DNA of 64,000 nucleotides. It comes from Anthoceros angustus. Its lineage: Eukaryota > Plantae > Anthocerotophyta. The position numbers and the translations under genes are program-made. Of this stretch, positions 41,682 through 54,500 are shown one piece after another. The notes under the pieces are model-generated. The model was not told the origin of the DNA. It saw nothing but the letters and a program-made list of their open reading frames with translations, and made no database searches. The DNA lies in the NCBI GenBank assembly GCA_010909165.1, contig VJWM01000118.1, positions 682,001 to 746,000 of the forward strand. Direction: 5' to 3'. The first letter of the stretch is position 1. Each line of letters begins with the position of its first letter.

Positions 41682-44600
41682 ATGGATTATCTCTCCCATG
41701 TCGTGAAGATGGATCACAGGCGAACTCCCTTGAAGCATTTGCCCATGAATTCGGCTATTTCGACATCCCCAATGAAGTCTGAAGAGAGGCTGTACATGGA
41801 CGCCTCCCTTTGGATTGAGGATAGAACGGGGGTGGATATTCTTCCTGATTCACGTCATTTTGCAGAGGTGGGTTGTGAATGTATGCAACCAGTGTCAAGG
41901 CTATGCCGTGTCCTCGTGTGATATACTCCCGGAGATTAGTCTTGCTTTTATGGTGCTCATTATCATTCTGTACTACCCTTCTGTGCAAGAAACCTCAATC
42001 CAATAACCTCATCGCACTGCAGGTCCTCCAGGATGGAGAACTTTTGCTTAAGATAGCAGAAAGTGTGGCACCTGATGTAGCAGCAGAGATGAAGGCTGTT
42101 CACACTAAAGAGAGCTGGTATGAAGGTTGGAACGAGGTTGGAATGGCAAAAGCAGTGGAGAATATCCATATATTTCTGAGCATTTGCCGAGCGGTTGGTG
42201 TCAGTGAGCAATACCATTTTAGTGCGTCGGATTTGATCAAGGTAAGGTTTTGAGTCTGGCTCGAACTTGCTCATCGAAGCCACGCTGACCAGGAGCAATT
42301 CAGTGCCAAGCTGGTTTCTGCTCTTTCTTTCTTTCTTTGCCATTCCCATCAAGCCCTGTTAACCCTGATTGGCACTGGTTGGAAATGCAGGGCCGTGAAA
42401 TTAAACGAGTGGTTGAATGCCTTATGCTTTTCCGAACGATTGTAACTCCGCAACCCTCTTATATGGAGACACCACAGGCTGTGCAGGAACTCGGTGCTGA
42501 ACAAGCCCAACCACCTGAATACAGTAGCCCGAAGACAGTCGTACCTGCCAGCAAGGCTGGCAACGATACTAGCTCTCAAGGCAACGCCCATGAAACTTAT
42601 GATTCCGTATCTGAAAAAAGCATTTGGTACAGTGCTCTTGCAGATGCATACAACAATGTCGTGGAAATGTCCCCATCCCCTGGTAAGCGGGAGATATTTT
42701 CAAAAAAGGAATTGCCTACAAGGAAATTGCAGTTCCCGTTCAGTTTGGGTTCATCTGCAGACACAAGTGACGGGTCCTATCAAGCTGAGATTGCAGAGAT
42801 GATTGAAAAGGTGGCGAACATTGGGGACCACAGTCCAGAAAGTGCAAAGTCACTTCTCCTTGCGCAGTCACCTAGTGTACTCCAGAAGCGAATCTGCACG
42901 ACAGACGATGTATTCATTGTTAAGAAGTTTGCCATGAGGCTTGCTGCCAAAGAGCGGGTAGTCAAGGTGTGTTTTGATCTGTCTCTTCTGGTGATAGGGC
43001 TTATGGCCAGAGATCTGTGTCAAAGATAAGTCTCATTGGTCTATGTCCTGAATCTGTCAGGAGCTAGTCGCAGAGCTGTCTACTGCTCTTCGAAGGGAGG
43101 AAGCATTGCAGACTAAGGTATTGATGCGTTTTCTTCATGCTTGTTGCCCTCTTACAATGATGTTCCATGGCCTGTTATATCATGTTCATGACTTCTCATT
43201 TCAGGTCACGCTTTTGGAGAGAGGCACAGCAGGGTCAGCTAGGGATCAAGGGCCAAATAAAGGTGATTTGGGTCTCGGCGAAAGTGCGGCTTTGGATTCT
43301 AGGGATGTAGACTTTCTCAGAATAGATCAGGTATGTAGTAGGTTCCGTACCTGAGTGTTGATACCTTTTGACCAGTTGCAACTAGTTCTGATTCTGAATT
43401 CTCTGGTCAGGGGTCGAAGCAGGAATCAAAGGAAATGTTGGACAATCTGAGAAAGGATTTGGAGACTTCTCAGGCTGAAAGTGCATCACTGAAAGAACGC
43501 CTATCCGCAGCTCAAGCCTTAACAGGAAAACTTGAACTGCATTATGACAGTGCACTTCGAGTAAGTGTGTGTGGATCAAAGCCCTTTATAGGCTGAGAAA
43601 CTCTCTCTCTGCTCCATTGTTCCTGCCTGAATCCCTTGCTGAGTTATTTTAAGGTTTGGGGTTGCAGGGACTGAAAGGAGACCTGGATAGGTTGAAAGAA
43701 GAGTTTCTGCAAGCTCAGGCTGCAAATGTCGAATTGCTCCTGCATACTGGTAGGAAACAAGATTATGCCCACAATTGTTATGAAGCTTTTCCCTGATGGA
43801 TTTCTCCTTTATGCCTTTCCTTCTGGATACTCAGGGTCCGATTTTAACTGGATAACCAAGGATTATATGAAACTGAAGTCAGAAAACAAGCATCTCCGAA
43901 ATGAGCTCCAGGATCTGAAAGGTTATTCTATTTGTATATACCCTATCATCATTACTTTGTTCATGCTTCTCCATTGCCCATTCTGCTGCATCTTGTATTG
44001 CCGATCCTGATTGCCTTTCTTTACATCCGTACATCAGGAAATATAAGAGTATTTTGCAGAGTACGTCCTATGCCTTCAGAAACTGAAAGCTCAGGTCAAG
44101 GCGTTTTCTGTCCTGGTGAGGAGGTTGTAATTGTAGAGAATCAGAAGAACTCATCCACGAACTTCGTCTATGATAAGGTGTACGGCCCTCCAGCTACACA
44201 GGGTATAAACCTCTGGCAGTCGTTTTTCTCCTTGGGTTGGGAGAGGACATTTGTAGGTTTGCATCTGTTGCAGATTTTTTGACGCTGATAGTAGGTATAG
44301 TCGCGTGTTTTCTGTTCTAAGCTGTTCCATGGATTGTTCTTGATGTTATTTTGATGAAATGGCAGAGCACGTATTCATGGATGTGCTACCCCTTGTAAGA
44401 TCAGTGATGGAAGGTTACAATGTCTGCATATTTGCGTACGGGCAGACTGGAAGTGGTAAAACTTACACGATGGTAAGCATAAAAGCTCCATTTCTCAGCT
44501 CAACATTCCATCTATGATTTTGTATGCTATTTTTTGGTTCAAACTGTTGTGTCATCAAGCTAGGACGTAATCAGACTTCCTTCTGATGGTTGGAAACAGA

Positions 44601-46938
44601 TGGGACCAAGCGCAACAGAGCATGGAGCTGGTGTTATTCACCGATCTATTGACCTCTTGTTCAATTTGAAGAAGGATACTCTTCAAGATTGGGAGTTCAA
44701 GATATCAGCAGAGATAATCGAGGTGGCGTTTGTGATTTGGAGGTTTATGTAATTATAACTGGCCATTGAACTTCAGCTTCGAAAGTTTAGTGCAATGCAC
44801 TCATTTGCGTGGTGTCTTCCAGATTTACAATGAGACCGTTCGGGATCTTCTGGCTGGGCTAAATAAGAACTTCACAAGATATCCTTTTGCCGCTCTCTTC
44901 GTGTTTGATGTGCATTGTTTCAAGTTCGCTGTTTCTTCGGCAGTCTATGGTTGCAGAATTCTTGACCATATAGCACAGTCGAGCAGAGACGGTTGGATAA
45001 TTCGATACGAGGATCAGATTCTGTGCAAGTGAAGGTTGAGTCTACTCACGAGGTCATTCAGCTCATGGAGATCGGTGCACGAAATCGTGCAGTAGGAGCC
45101 ACCAGTATGAATGAACGTAGCAGCAGATCTCACTGGTGGGTAGGGTGATTCTTGTGTTTCTCCGTTGAAGATGAAGGTTCCAAATCTCCCTTCAGAGTTG
45201 CGTGTTCTGACTCTGTATGCATATTTTGGCAGCATTGTCATTCTGAGGGTGGAGGGTGTGCATAGACTTACTGGTGAGAAGATCTTCAGCTCTCTCAATC
45301 TGATAGATCTCGCAGGGTCAGAGCGCGTCTCTCGCTCTGAGGCCACTGGTGATCGTCTGAAGTGAGTGGTCAACTCAGCTAAATCCAGTTTTTTATCTTC
45401 TGTCTGTTGCGCTGTGCGATGCCTCATCTGACGGTCAGGGGCCCTCTGAATTGGTCAGGGAAACGCAGCATATCAACAAGTCTCTGGCAGCCTTAGGAGA
45501 TGTGATGCAGGCCTTGCTTGAGAAACGATCGCATATTCCCTTCCGCAATTCTAAGCTGACACAACTGCTTCAAGATTCTTTAGGTCAGTTGTTTTCACCC
45601 CATGGGACTCAGGATGGGTGTTTTCACGTTCAGAATGGTCAGTTAACCAGAAAATTGTTGACACAGGTGGCAATTCCAAAGTGGTCATGCTGGCACATGT
45701 CGCCCCTGAAAGAGAATCTGTGAGTGAATCTATCAGTACGCTTAAGTTTGCTTCAAGGCTGCTCAACGTGGAGCTGGGCATGGCTGGGAAGAACAAAGGC
45801 GGTTTCCGACAATTGCAAGCTATGGTAATATCGTATGATTAGCCTGTTTCAGCGTTTTCTCGCATAAGACTGGCTTTGGATAAATTGATGCTTGCTACCT
45901 GGAGCTCTCAATGGCATGGAACGAGTTTCCGACTCTCGTTCCTGCTTTGAGAATTTCGATTTGGCGCTGAGCAGGTCTCGGACAAAGATAAGGAGGTGGA
46001 GGATGTAAAGCGGCAGTTAGATGAAAGTCAAAAACTTGCAGCTTACAAAATTGAGGGTTGTAAAAAGGAGCTGGTGTCAAAGAACGCTGAGGTATGTGTG
46101 CTAGAATGGAACTTGATGCACTTCAGTGACATATTGTAGAGTCATCGGCTTATGATATTGCTTTATCAATTTTGCAGGCGAAGGCTCTTGCTGCCAGAGT
46201 TGCTATGCTTGAACAGAAAAATAGAGATTTGGAACAACGTCTGGAACAAGGTTCTACGTTTGAGAGCACAATGTCCAACTTGCAGCGCCAGTCTGCTTCT
46301 TTGAACTCATCTTTAAGCTCTGAGATCATCCGAAGCGGTAAAGTCCGACACCCGTCCGCGAATGATCTGTATCATCGGAAGTTTTGAGATTCTCGTGGCT
46401 GAATATCTTGAACTCTGGGCCTGTGCAGACGCAGTTGCGAGAGGACGGTTGCCGCGCTATCCAGAAAGTAGATCCTTGTCAAGAGCCCCCAGCACATGTA
46501 GTACACTGGGAGACGCGAGTGAAGTTTCCAGCCCGGAGCTCCAACCGTCGAGAGAACCGGATCTTGGCTTAGCGGACAACTCGCCTGAGCAACTTTCGTC
46601 CTCCGAAACTGAATTGTAAGTATCTCGACCGTAACTTCTTCTCCTCTGGGATAAGTAAGGAAGAAAGTCGCTGAAAGCCTTAGGATTGTACGTGTTAATG
46701 CAGGGCTTGTGTTCCTCCACGAAAGTTACAGCCACGAGAACCACTGTCTAGATCGAAAGATTTCGGGCATAATGTACAGCATGGTAGGAAGTTAAGGATA
46801 CCAAGGTATGAAGCTGGTTTCCGTCGAATTCCCAGTACCCAATTCTTCTAGTGGTCGCCCCCGAACTCTTTGGCTAACGTGTTTCGTTTCCATGTCGTTG
46901 CAGCGTTTCGTTGTCGACAAACGGGCACCCTGCGTTAA
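41682..46938 (+). CDS. Kinesin-14 with N-terminal calponin-homology domain (KCH type), multi-exon; start codon approximate
   Basis: CH-like [10 protein letters not shown]...[11 protein letters not shown], coiled coil, [12 protein letters not shown]-loop [45 protein letters not shown], then a C-terminal coiled coil. Confidence 0.93.
44879..44976 (+). other. U12-type AT-AC intron in the kinesin motor domain
   Basis: Donor ATATCCTTT, branch site TTCTTGAC at 44959-44966, acceptor AC. Removal keeps the frame ([14 protein letters not shown]...[11 protein letters not shown]). Confidence 0.9.
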
Positions 46939-47765
46939 GAGAATCAATTATATCAACAGGGATGCTCCCCGTTGGTAGAGTACAAAAGTACATGTCGAAA
47001 AGGTGGATGTAATGGATTATCACTACTTGCTGATGCTAACTAAAACCACTATAGCGATTGTTCTTGTACTCACCCTGACAACGCCGCTGGCATGACATTC
47101 ATATGTTGCGATTGTTTGTTACTTTAGGGTTACTCCAGAACCATCTCGGAGAGAGGTCTATTCTAATTTGCCAAGCTATGAGCGCAAGGCGGTTGCTCAG
47201 GTTGTAAATTCTAACGGTGTGCAAGTTTTTGTCAACGCTGATCACTAACAGAAACGCCCTTGGAAGGCAGTTGCACAGAATAGTGGGGCGAATGTCATGT
47301 ATCATACAGAAGAGAGAGGAGAGGTAGATTAGGAATTTGAGGGAAAGTGAAGCTTTGAGCTTATACCATCACATTGTAACGGTGATCTGGAGAATCGATA
47401 CTTCACGATTGAAATTTCTCTACAAAACGTCATCGTTTGCTTGGTGTGGTGAAATATCTTACAGAAATGTCTTACAGAAAGGCAGTAAACAGGAAACTGC
47501 TCAAGTTTGCCGAAAACAGAGGTTGCACTTTCAGGACGCCTGCCTTACCGACAGTGGTACAATTAGTTGTACTCGCAGATAGTCACCTTGCCTTCACAAC
47601 GGCAAATTGCTCATCAGAGTACAGGTGACTCTTCATTCACGCAGCTGATAGCAAGGAAACTAACTCCTCCTGTGGAAAGTGGTCAAGTCACCAGCATTCA
47701 CTGCCTTCGTAGAACCTTTTTGCACCTAAAATATTCACAGAGGCCTGTCTTCTGTGCTGATGACT

Positions 47766-49478
47766 CTAGCTCGTATCTCTTTGCTTTTTCTTCTTCTTAG
47801 CTCTCGTTCTTTTCCGCTTAGATTTCTGCTGCACATCTGAGGCGGAACTTCCTGCTGTAGCAGATCGGGCTCTGCCACCCTCCACGACTTCCCAACTGTT
47901 GCTGGAGGACGATTGGTGTTTGACTCTGCCATTCATGTCTCCATTACCAACAGACGGGCGCTGTGTTCTTTTTTTCCCCGCATCTCCACTAGTGGTGTTC
48001 CCTGACCTGCTTCCCCCACCACTGTTGCTGGAAGATACTTGACCCCCTCTTGACCTGGGCGGTGGCATGAGGATACTGGCAGACTTTTGTCTCTGTAAGG
48101 GCCACAGTTACTATCAGGTGCCCACAGTTTCACCTACATGTCTTCCATATCTTCATGGCAGCCTTACACCTAAACCCTAAGTTCTAAGGCCTCGAAGCAA
48201 GAACATTACCTGATCTTTCGAGGAGTGCTTAGATGCCTTTCCACTATCCTCAAACACCCGTTGCCTTTTAGTGGCAGGCTGGTTCCTGGCCTCCCTCACC
48301 AGACTAAGTGGTACAACCTCTCGGGATGTATCATCCTTCTCCTCACCCACCCTTCAAGACAAACACACAGTCACCAAGCATACCTGAACAAGAACCTGTA
48401 AAGCATAGAGCACTTTTTCACAAAATGACGATTGACGCAAGTCATGATACTTACCTTGGGCTTCTGTCTGTCCACTCATCATCTGCATCTGCCTCATCGC
48501 TTGAAGATCCAGCAACGAAGAAATCATCCTCACTCATATCCGTTGCTCCATCATCTTCACTTCCAGTCTCTGATGAGAGCCCACAAAATTTCAAGTTGCA
48601 AACAACAATCTCCTGCTTAACGACCAAAGAAGAATTCCACTAGCACTTACCCTCAAGGTCCACCCCTGCAGCCGCAGCAGCAATACGGTTGGCTTTGATC
48701 TTCTCCCTCAGCTCATTCCTCCGAGCCACAACCTGCTCATCATCGCCTGAAAACAGGGACACATACTTCTCCGTCTTGGGAAAAAACTGCACAGAACCAA
48801 TCCATCAGAAACTCATCTCACCAACCCGATGCCACAACTTTTCATCCTATAGTCTCAGCTACGAAGTTTACCCTAACATACTCCAAGTCCTCCTTCAGCT
48901 GAGCAAGCTCCTGGCTAATCTCAGCGGCCTTGTTATCGCCATCATTCTCCGAACTAGCTCTCTGCTGCTTCTCAAGTCTCCGTATTCTTCTCTCGATCTT
49001 CCTCCTCTCTGCAAAGTCACAGCTTTCAAAACAGCAGCTCCAAAATGCAATCCTCTCACCACACAACCTCCAACTAAGCCGAAACCCTCACCGAAAAATT
49101 TCACTTTCCGGTACCGAAGAGCCATCTTCCTCTCAAGCTCACAGCGAGCATGCAAGTCCGCCTGCTTCTTCAGCTCGTCCAGTCTCTTCTGCTGCGCATC
49201 CTTCATCTCCACAGACAGGGCCTGCACTTCACCCCAGCGCTAATCAGTCCTGCCACTCACAAAAATCCGGAATCCGAACAACCCCAAGAGACAGGAACGC
49301 GGCTCACCTTCTTCAGCAGCCTCTCAATTGACCGAATTTGGTTCTTAATCGACACGATCTTGGTCTTCTTGTCGGGATCCTTGCGCACTCCCGTGGCCCT
49401 GGCCCGGGCCTTCCCCAACCCGGAAGCCACTGACGGCCGGCCCGCCACCCTCCTCTTCCCATAACCTCCGTGCGCCAT
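47766..49478 (-). CDS. EFG1: rRNA-processing protein EFG1-like, multi-exon
   Basis: MAHGGYGKRR, SIKNQIRSIERLL, KVKFF-ERRKIERRIRRLEK, FFPKTEKYVSLF, an acidic stretch and a basic KRKR..KKKK tail. Confidence 0.9.
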
Positions 49479-50584
49479 GCTGCGAAATCCTCCTCACACA
49501 ACAACCATCGATGCCTAGCTTCCCACTCCCAATTCCTGCCCCTGCTCCCACCTGGAACCAGCTGCCAGGAGAGTCCGATTCACACCAGATTCCCGCCCCC
49601 CGGTTTCATACCAGCTCATTCTCCAGTCTCGATGCAAAAAAGCTTCCGTGCCATTCAAGCCCCGGAATCTTGCAACCACCAGGTGTTGTGCCTTCCATTT
49701 ATGATGAAGCCACCAGCACTGAGCTCCACATGGATCCCGCAAAAGCCGTTGCAAACCAGGGCCTTTCCAGCCGCTGTCACAGTTCGCAATGCGCCTTGCA
49801 CATGTACACCGAGCTCACCCGTCGTAACCCTCGGGTTGAGTTCGAACCAAACCAACGTCAACACAAAAACATCAAACTTACAGGTAATGCGTATTGGAGT
49901 TGTAACTGTGGGCCTAAGTATGGCTGTATACAAGCCCACTCTATAGCCCTATACCTAACATATATAGCCTGATTTATTTCAAGAATGCTAACTCGGGCAC
50001 TTCGCACTTCGCGATACATATGACATGCCTACATCCATGAAACTTCCATATATGTATGTTAGGCCGTTAAGACTCTAGATATGAATGGTTTTTCATGTAT
50101 GTTGCTGCCACCTTGCTGATCTGACTGCGCCGTGGATCCATTCTGGTAAGAGCTGGCTGTTTGCTGCGCACTCATGGACTTTGTTATTGTTCAGGAGGAG
50201 CATGTAATTCTGCGTGGTTCAGATGGCTTGGCGAGTTTGCATAGCTTCTGATGTCTTTATGTACAGGTGATGAGGAGAAGGGTTTGCACCTCCGTTTGAG
50301 GGTTTTGCAGGCATTCCCGTGAAGGGATGGCAAAAACGACAGGTAAGGTGAGGAGTGGCTGTAGGCACTGATAGCTCTGGGAAACTGGTGTGGTTGTGGC
50401 TATGTGCAAGGCCGCCTTGGCAGAGGATGGTTTCGAGGGTTTACAGCGCAGGAGCACAACAGACTGACGCAGAGTTTTGATTGCGAAATGAAGTTATGAT
50501 GGGGATCTGTAGCAAAATGTTGCACAACTTGTTTTGTTTCCGAGACGTGGGGATTGTGGTGACTTTTGATGCATGGTGCTGTAG

Positions 50585-51223
50585 GTGCCCAGGAAGGGGG
50601 ACGGTCCGAAAATCGACTCGGAATCGGCTGAGGTTATCTTCGTCTCTGATTGGGAGGTCTCAAGCCTGTCGTAGAACTGTTGGCACCTAAGCTTTGGCTT
50701 TGTTGTGTTCTGTGTGAGTTGGTCCAGGCAGAAGCAGCATTACGGAGTGAGCGTGACGCTCTAGCGGATGAGGCCATCGAGTGTGAGTGCCTCGACGGGT
50801 TGAAAACTGGTCCTTGTGGGGAGGAGTTTAAGGAGGCCTTCCTTTGTTTCTTAAAGAGTGGCCATCCCGAGAAGGTCAGTGATCCTCTGCCCGGTTTACC
50901 TGGATCATCTCAGTGGCAGTTGATACGGATGGCAGCCTTGGTCTATTTGAAAAGCGTGGTGGTACTTCGATCTTCAGGGGACAGACTGCATAGAGCCCTA
51001 TTTTACAGCCCTGAAGACTTGCATAAATCAGAATGAGCAGGCCCTCCTGGATCTTGTACCTGAAGACGACCCAGCGAGGTATACAGGGGCCGCTTTACCA
51101 GCAGTTGACGCCTCGAGCGTCAGGCTTCCTAAGTTTTACAGTGATAAGAAATGGAAACAAGGGGATCCAGAGCCACTCAGCAAGGACGATGACGGGGACA
51201 CGGAGATCGGAGACGCAGACTAG
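50585..51223 (+). CDS. MIA40: MIA40/CHCHD4-like oxidoreductase, divergent; first exon not located
   Basis: AEAA...AIECECLDGLKTGPCGEEFKEAFLCFLKSGHPEK spliced to GTDCIEPYFTALKTCINQN resembles plant MIA40 (LDCPCIADL..G.CG..F.EAFLCFLKS..EEKGSDC). Confidence 0.78.
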
Positions 51224-51292
51224 CTTGATGGCACCTTGAACTGGCTTGTAGCTATAAAGAGCCCATCCAACCTTTGGATAGGCTGCTTGGGG

Positions 51293-51400
51293 GAAATGAG
51301 TGCGATTGAAGATGAGGAATGTTTGTCGGACATACAATACCTTGAAGAAATGTGTGCGATGCAAGATGAGAAATGTTTGTTGTACATGCAAAACCTTGTG
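51293..51400. repeat. 54 bp diverged tandem duplication between converging 3' ends
   Basis: GAAATG.GTGCGAT..AAGATGAG.AATGTTTGT...ACAT.CAA.ACCTTG twice. Confidence 0.6.
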
Positions 51401-51517
51401 AGAAAGTTGCGTGTCGGACACGCATGCAGGTCTGTCTAATCATATATGCAAACAAAGGCAAGACAGATGCACATTGTATCTGTAGCATGGGGAAAGAAAG
51501 CTCAACCCTGGTTGATC

Positions 51518-54500
51518 TCACATGAGGGATGTGACATTGCATCGCAGACTCCCAGCGAGCTCTTCAAAGCTCTTTGATAGCTGCACTTCGTCTAAAGTCC
51601 GTTTGAAGGTGCCCTGCGCGGCCCTAGCCATGTTCTCCAGTAGGTCTGTGCGTTTGTCGTTACCAAACAGGATGGTGTGGAGTACCAGCTTTGGCGCCAG
51701 CTTCTTCATACCTTTTATGAGAGTGATAGGATCCCCAGTTCCAAAATTTCCACCATCACTAAGAAAGATAAGCACGGGAGACCTTGCGGACTTGTCCTTC
51801 TCAGCCGCCCTCAGCAGACCATCAGCTGGCTGTAGGCCGCTGCAATAATCTGTCCATCCACCTGGGTGAAAAGAGAGGAGCTTGTCAACTGCAAACCTTT
51901 TGATGGGCTGCCTCTGCACCACAGTTGCACCAACATTATTGAACAGGATGACCGAAACCAACTCAGGCTCCCTGGTTGTCAGCTTCCCTCGAGCTTTGAC
52001 GAAGCGAACAATTGCTTCATAGACGCATCCCAGTCTGTTGTTGTGCTTCTTAGCTATTTTGGAGAGAGTGGGTTGGATATCCTGCTCAGACATCGATGCT
52101 GACCTGTCTATGATGAAGATGATGTGGTTGGCAGTGTCCCTGACATGGCTACAGGAAAAGGAGTGGCCATCATCTGTTACATATCCAGTGGTGGGCAGAG
52201 CAGAGGATTCCGTGTTTGAAACAGGCTGATGCCACAACTTCTCCCTGCAGTAGCTTCTGGCCCTGTTGGAATCATGGTCGTCTGACCTGCAGAAATGGTT
52301 GCAGAGCTCGAATTCCACGCGATCCTCCTCTTGGCAGGGGTGCTTGAACCTCATGTGGTTCCAGTACGCACTGCATGTGAATTCATCCTTTGGCTCATCA
52401 AGGTTGGGGCCAAACTTCCTGGTTTCATGTCTTACACCCTTGAGGGTGGTCTCTCCACAGACCCCAGACGCTTCATGCCCTGGACACCTCACAAGATGAA
52501 TGTGGCCCCTGCCCTGTGCCTTGCAGTACATGCTGCAGATCTCAGCCATTCCAGACTCTCCCCATGCGTACCTGCGGTCCTGGATATCGATTGCCTCTGC
52601 CTCAGCCACAAAGCTAACACCACGCATGTTACCATGCACTGTGTCGTGCAAGCCTGCATGGCCCATCGCAAGGTGGCAAAAGTACCCACATGCTGGGCAT
52701 CGTTCGCTGCAGAAGTGCACAGCGTCCTCCCGTGTTGTGTGACGATGGGGCCCTTCGTGCCTGTCTGCTCCTGGAGGGATTGCAATGCAGCAACGCTCTC
52801 TCACACCATTCTGCTCGGTAACATCCTCGTACTCGAAAACTGACCTCTTCCCTGCGAAGGTCATGGGGTGCTTGGCCAGCTCCGTCACGATCCGACATGT
52901 CCCAGGAGCCTCACATGCAGCATGGCAGCTGTGCTCGTACCCACAGATGTGCCTGCTATCAGGATGCAACTCATGGAAGTGATCCAAGGCGCCACACTTC
53001 CTGTTGCACCCTGGAAATGTACAGCTAAGAGGGCACGCCTGCTCACTGCATGCGTGCCTCTCATGGTGCCCAAGTTCCAGACGTAACGTACAGGAGTTTC
53101 TGCACGAGGACATAGAACATGTCTCCGCACACAAATGGTGGCTGGTGTTGCACTTGTGCTCTCCCGAATGATGCCGATCCAGAGCACAAAACCGGTTACA
53201 GTTGGAGGACTTGTCAGAAAACGTGCATTCCTGACCACAGGCATGATTCCGTTCCTTGCAGTCATGCGGACCATCGTGGCCATTCAAGTCACCACACTCA
53301 TTCGCCGAATGCTTGGTTGCTGGGTCTGCAGTACAGAAGGTGCAAGGACTGGCACAACCATGAGAGCTTTCCAAACAATCATGCCCATGCGGATGGCCTC
53401 TCTCAAGAGCACAAAGCAGAAAGCAAGTTTGGCACTTGCTGCTACACAGCGACAGTTTCTGTTTCAGCTCTGCCAGCATTGCAAGTGCTTGCGAGCGGAA
53501 GTTTTCAACCTCGCCATCACTCTGGAAGTCCACTGTATTGCAACGCACCCACTCCAACACCCTCCGTCGGCGTCTCTCTACTAAAGCAGCCAAGAAAGCT
53601 TCGAACTCGGCATGCCAGGTAGCATCATCCGCCCCCGTCCTCTGAACCACCTCCACGAATGTACCCTTCAAAGACCGCAGAATGCTTCCAATCACTTGAC
53701 TGTCCTGGGAGGGAAACAGCTGCAAACCTGTGTCCCACTCTCTGAAGCTGTACTTATCCAGCTCAAGAGCATCATCAGCAACGGGCTCCAAAGTGTCAAG
53801 ACTCACCAGCAAATTGTCATGCTCTCCTTGAAGCCTTCCAGAACTAACAGCTGTTTTCAAGTCCTTCCTGAGAGCATCAAGCCGCAGGGTGACTCTTTTA
53901 GTGGCAATTGGAGACCAGTCCTTAGCACTGATCTGGGCTATCATCAGCTTTAAATCAGTTGCCAGGTTGCTTCCGCCCGTATGAACTTCCTTCAACTCCT
54001 CCTCCACTGTCACCGCTAGTTCAACCACGCTCTTATGAAATTCTGGTAGCTGGAAAGGATGCATGGTAGCTATCACTATGTTGCCTCCGTACATCTTGCT
54101 GAGAAAATTCTCTTCTGACCTGCGGCACATCTGCATCATTTTCTTATGAAATTCGCGCCCCAGGGCTTCCACGTCTTCTGCATCCACATCCTTAATAGCC
54201 AGGTAGAAGAGCCCTTGGAACAACCGAGGATCCTGCTTAACCAAGCTGATGCCGTTTTGAAAACGTTGGAACACAGCATCTGTCTCTTTGTCCAGATGGA
54301 AATCCTGGCAGCCAGAAACAAAAACGAAGAGTGGTCATCTCAAATCAATTGTAAGCAAACCAGAGGGCTACCATTTCTCTACCAGAAAAAAGCAGCAAAC
54401 CAGAGGGCTAACCTTCTTGTTGAAGATTGTGATATTGCTCAATGCTGCATTGAGAAGGGACAAGAGCATATCTTCTTGCTCACTTCGCTCGAAGCTCCCC

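Noticed and set aside
46794-46801. GTATCCTT U12-like donor on the minus strand
   Set aside because: It lies antisense within a kinesin intron, with no minus-strand gene to use it.
48172-48180. Telo-box AAACCCTAA in EFG1
   Set aside because: Mid-gene intronic position rather than the 5' region; the motif is common in plant DNA.
51518-54274. 918 aa ORF as a stand-alone VWA gene
   Set aside because: A clean phase-0 intron joins it to the upstream ORF within the GTPase domain, and paralogue B has the same junction.
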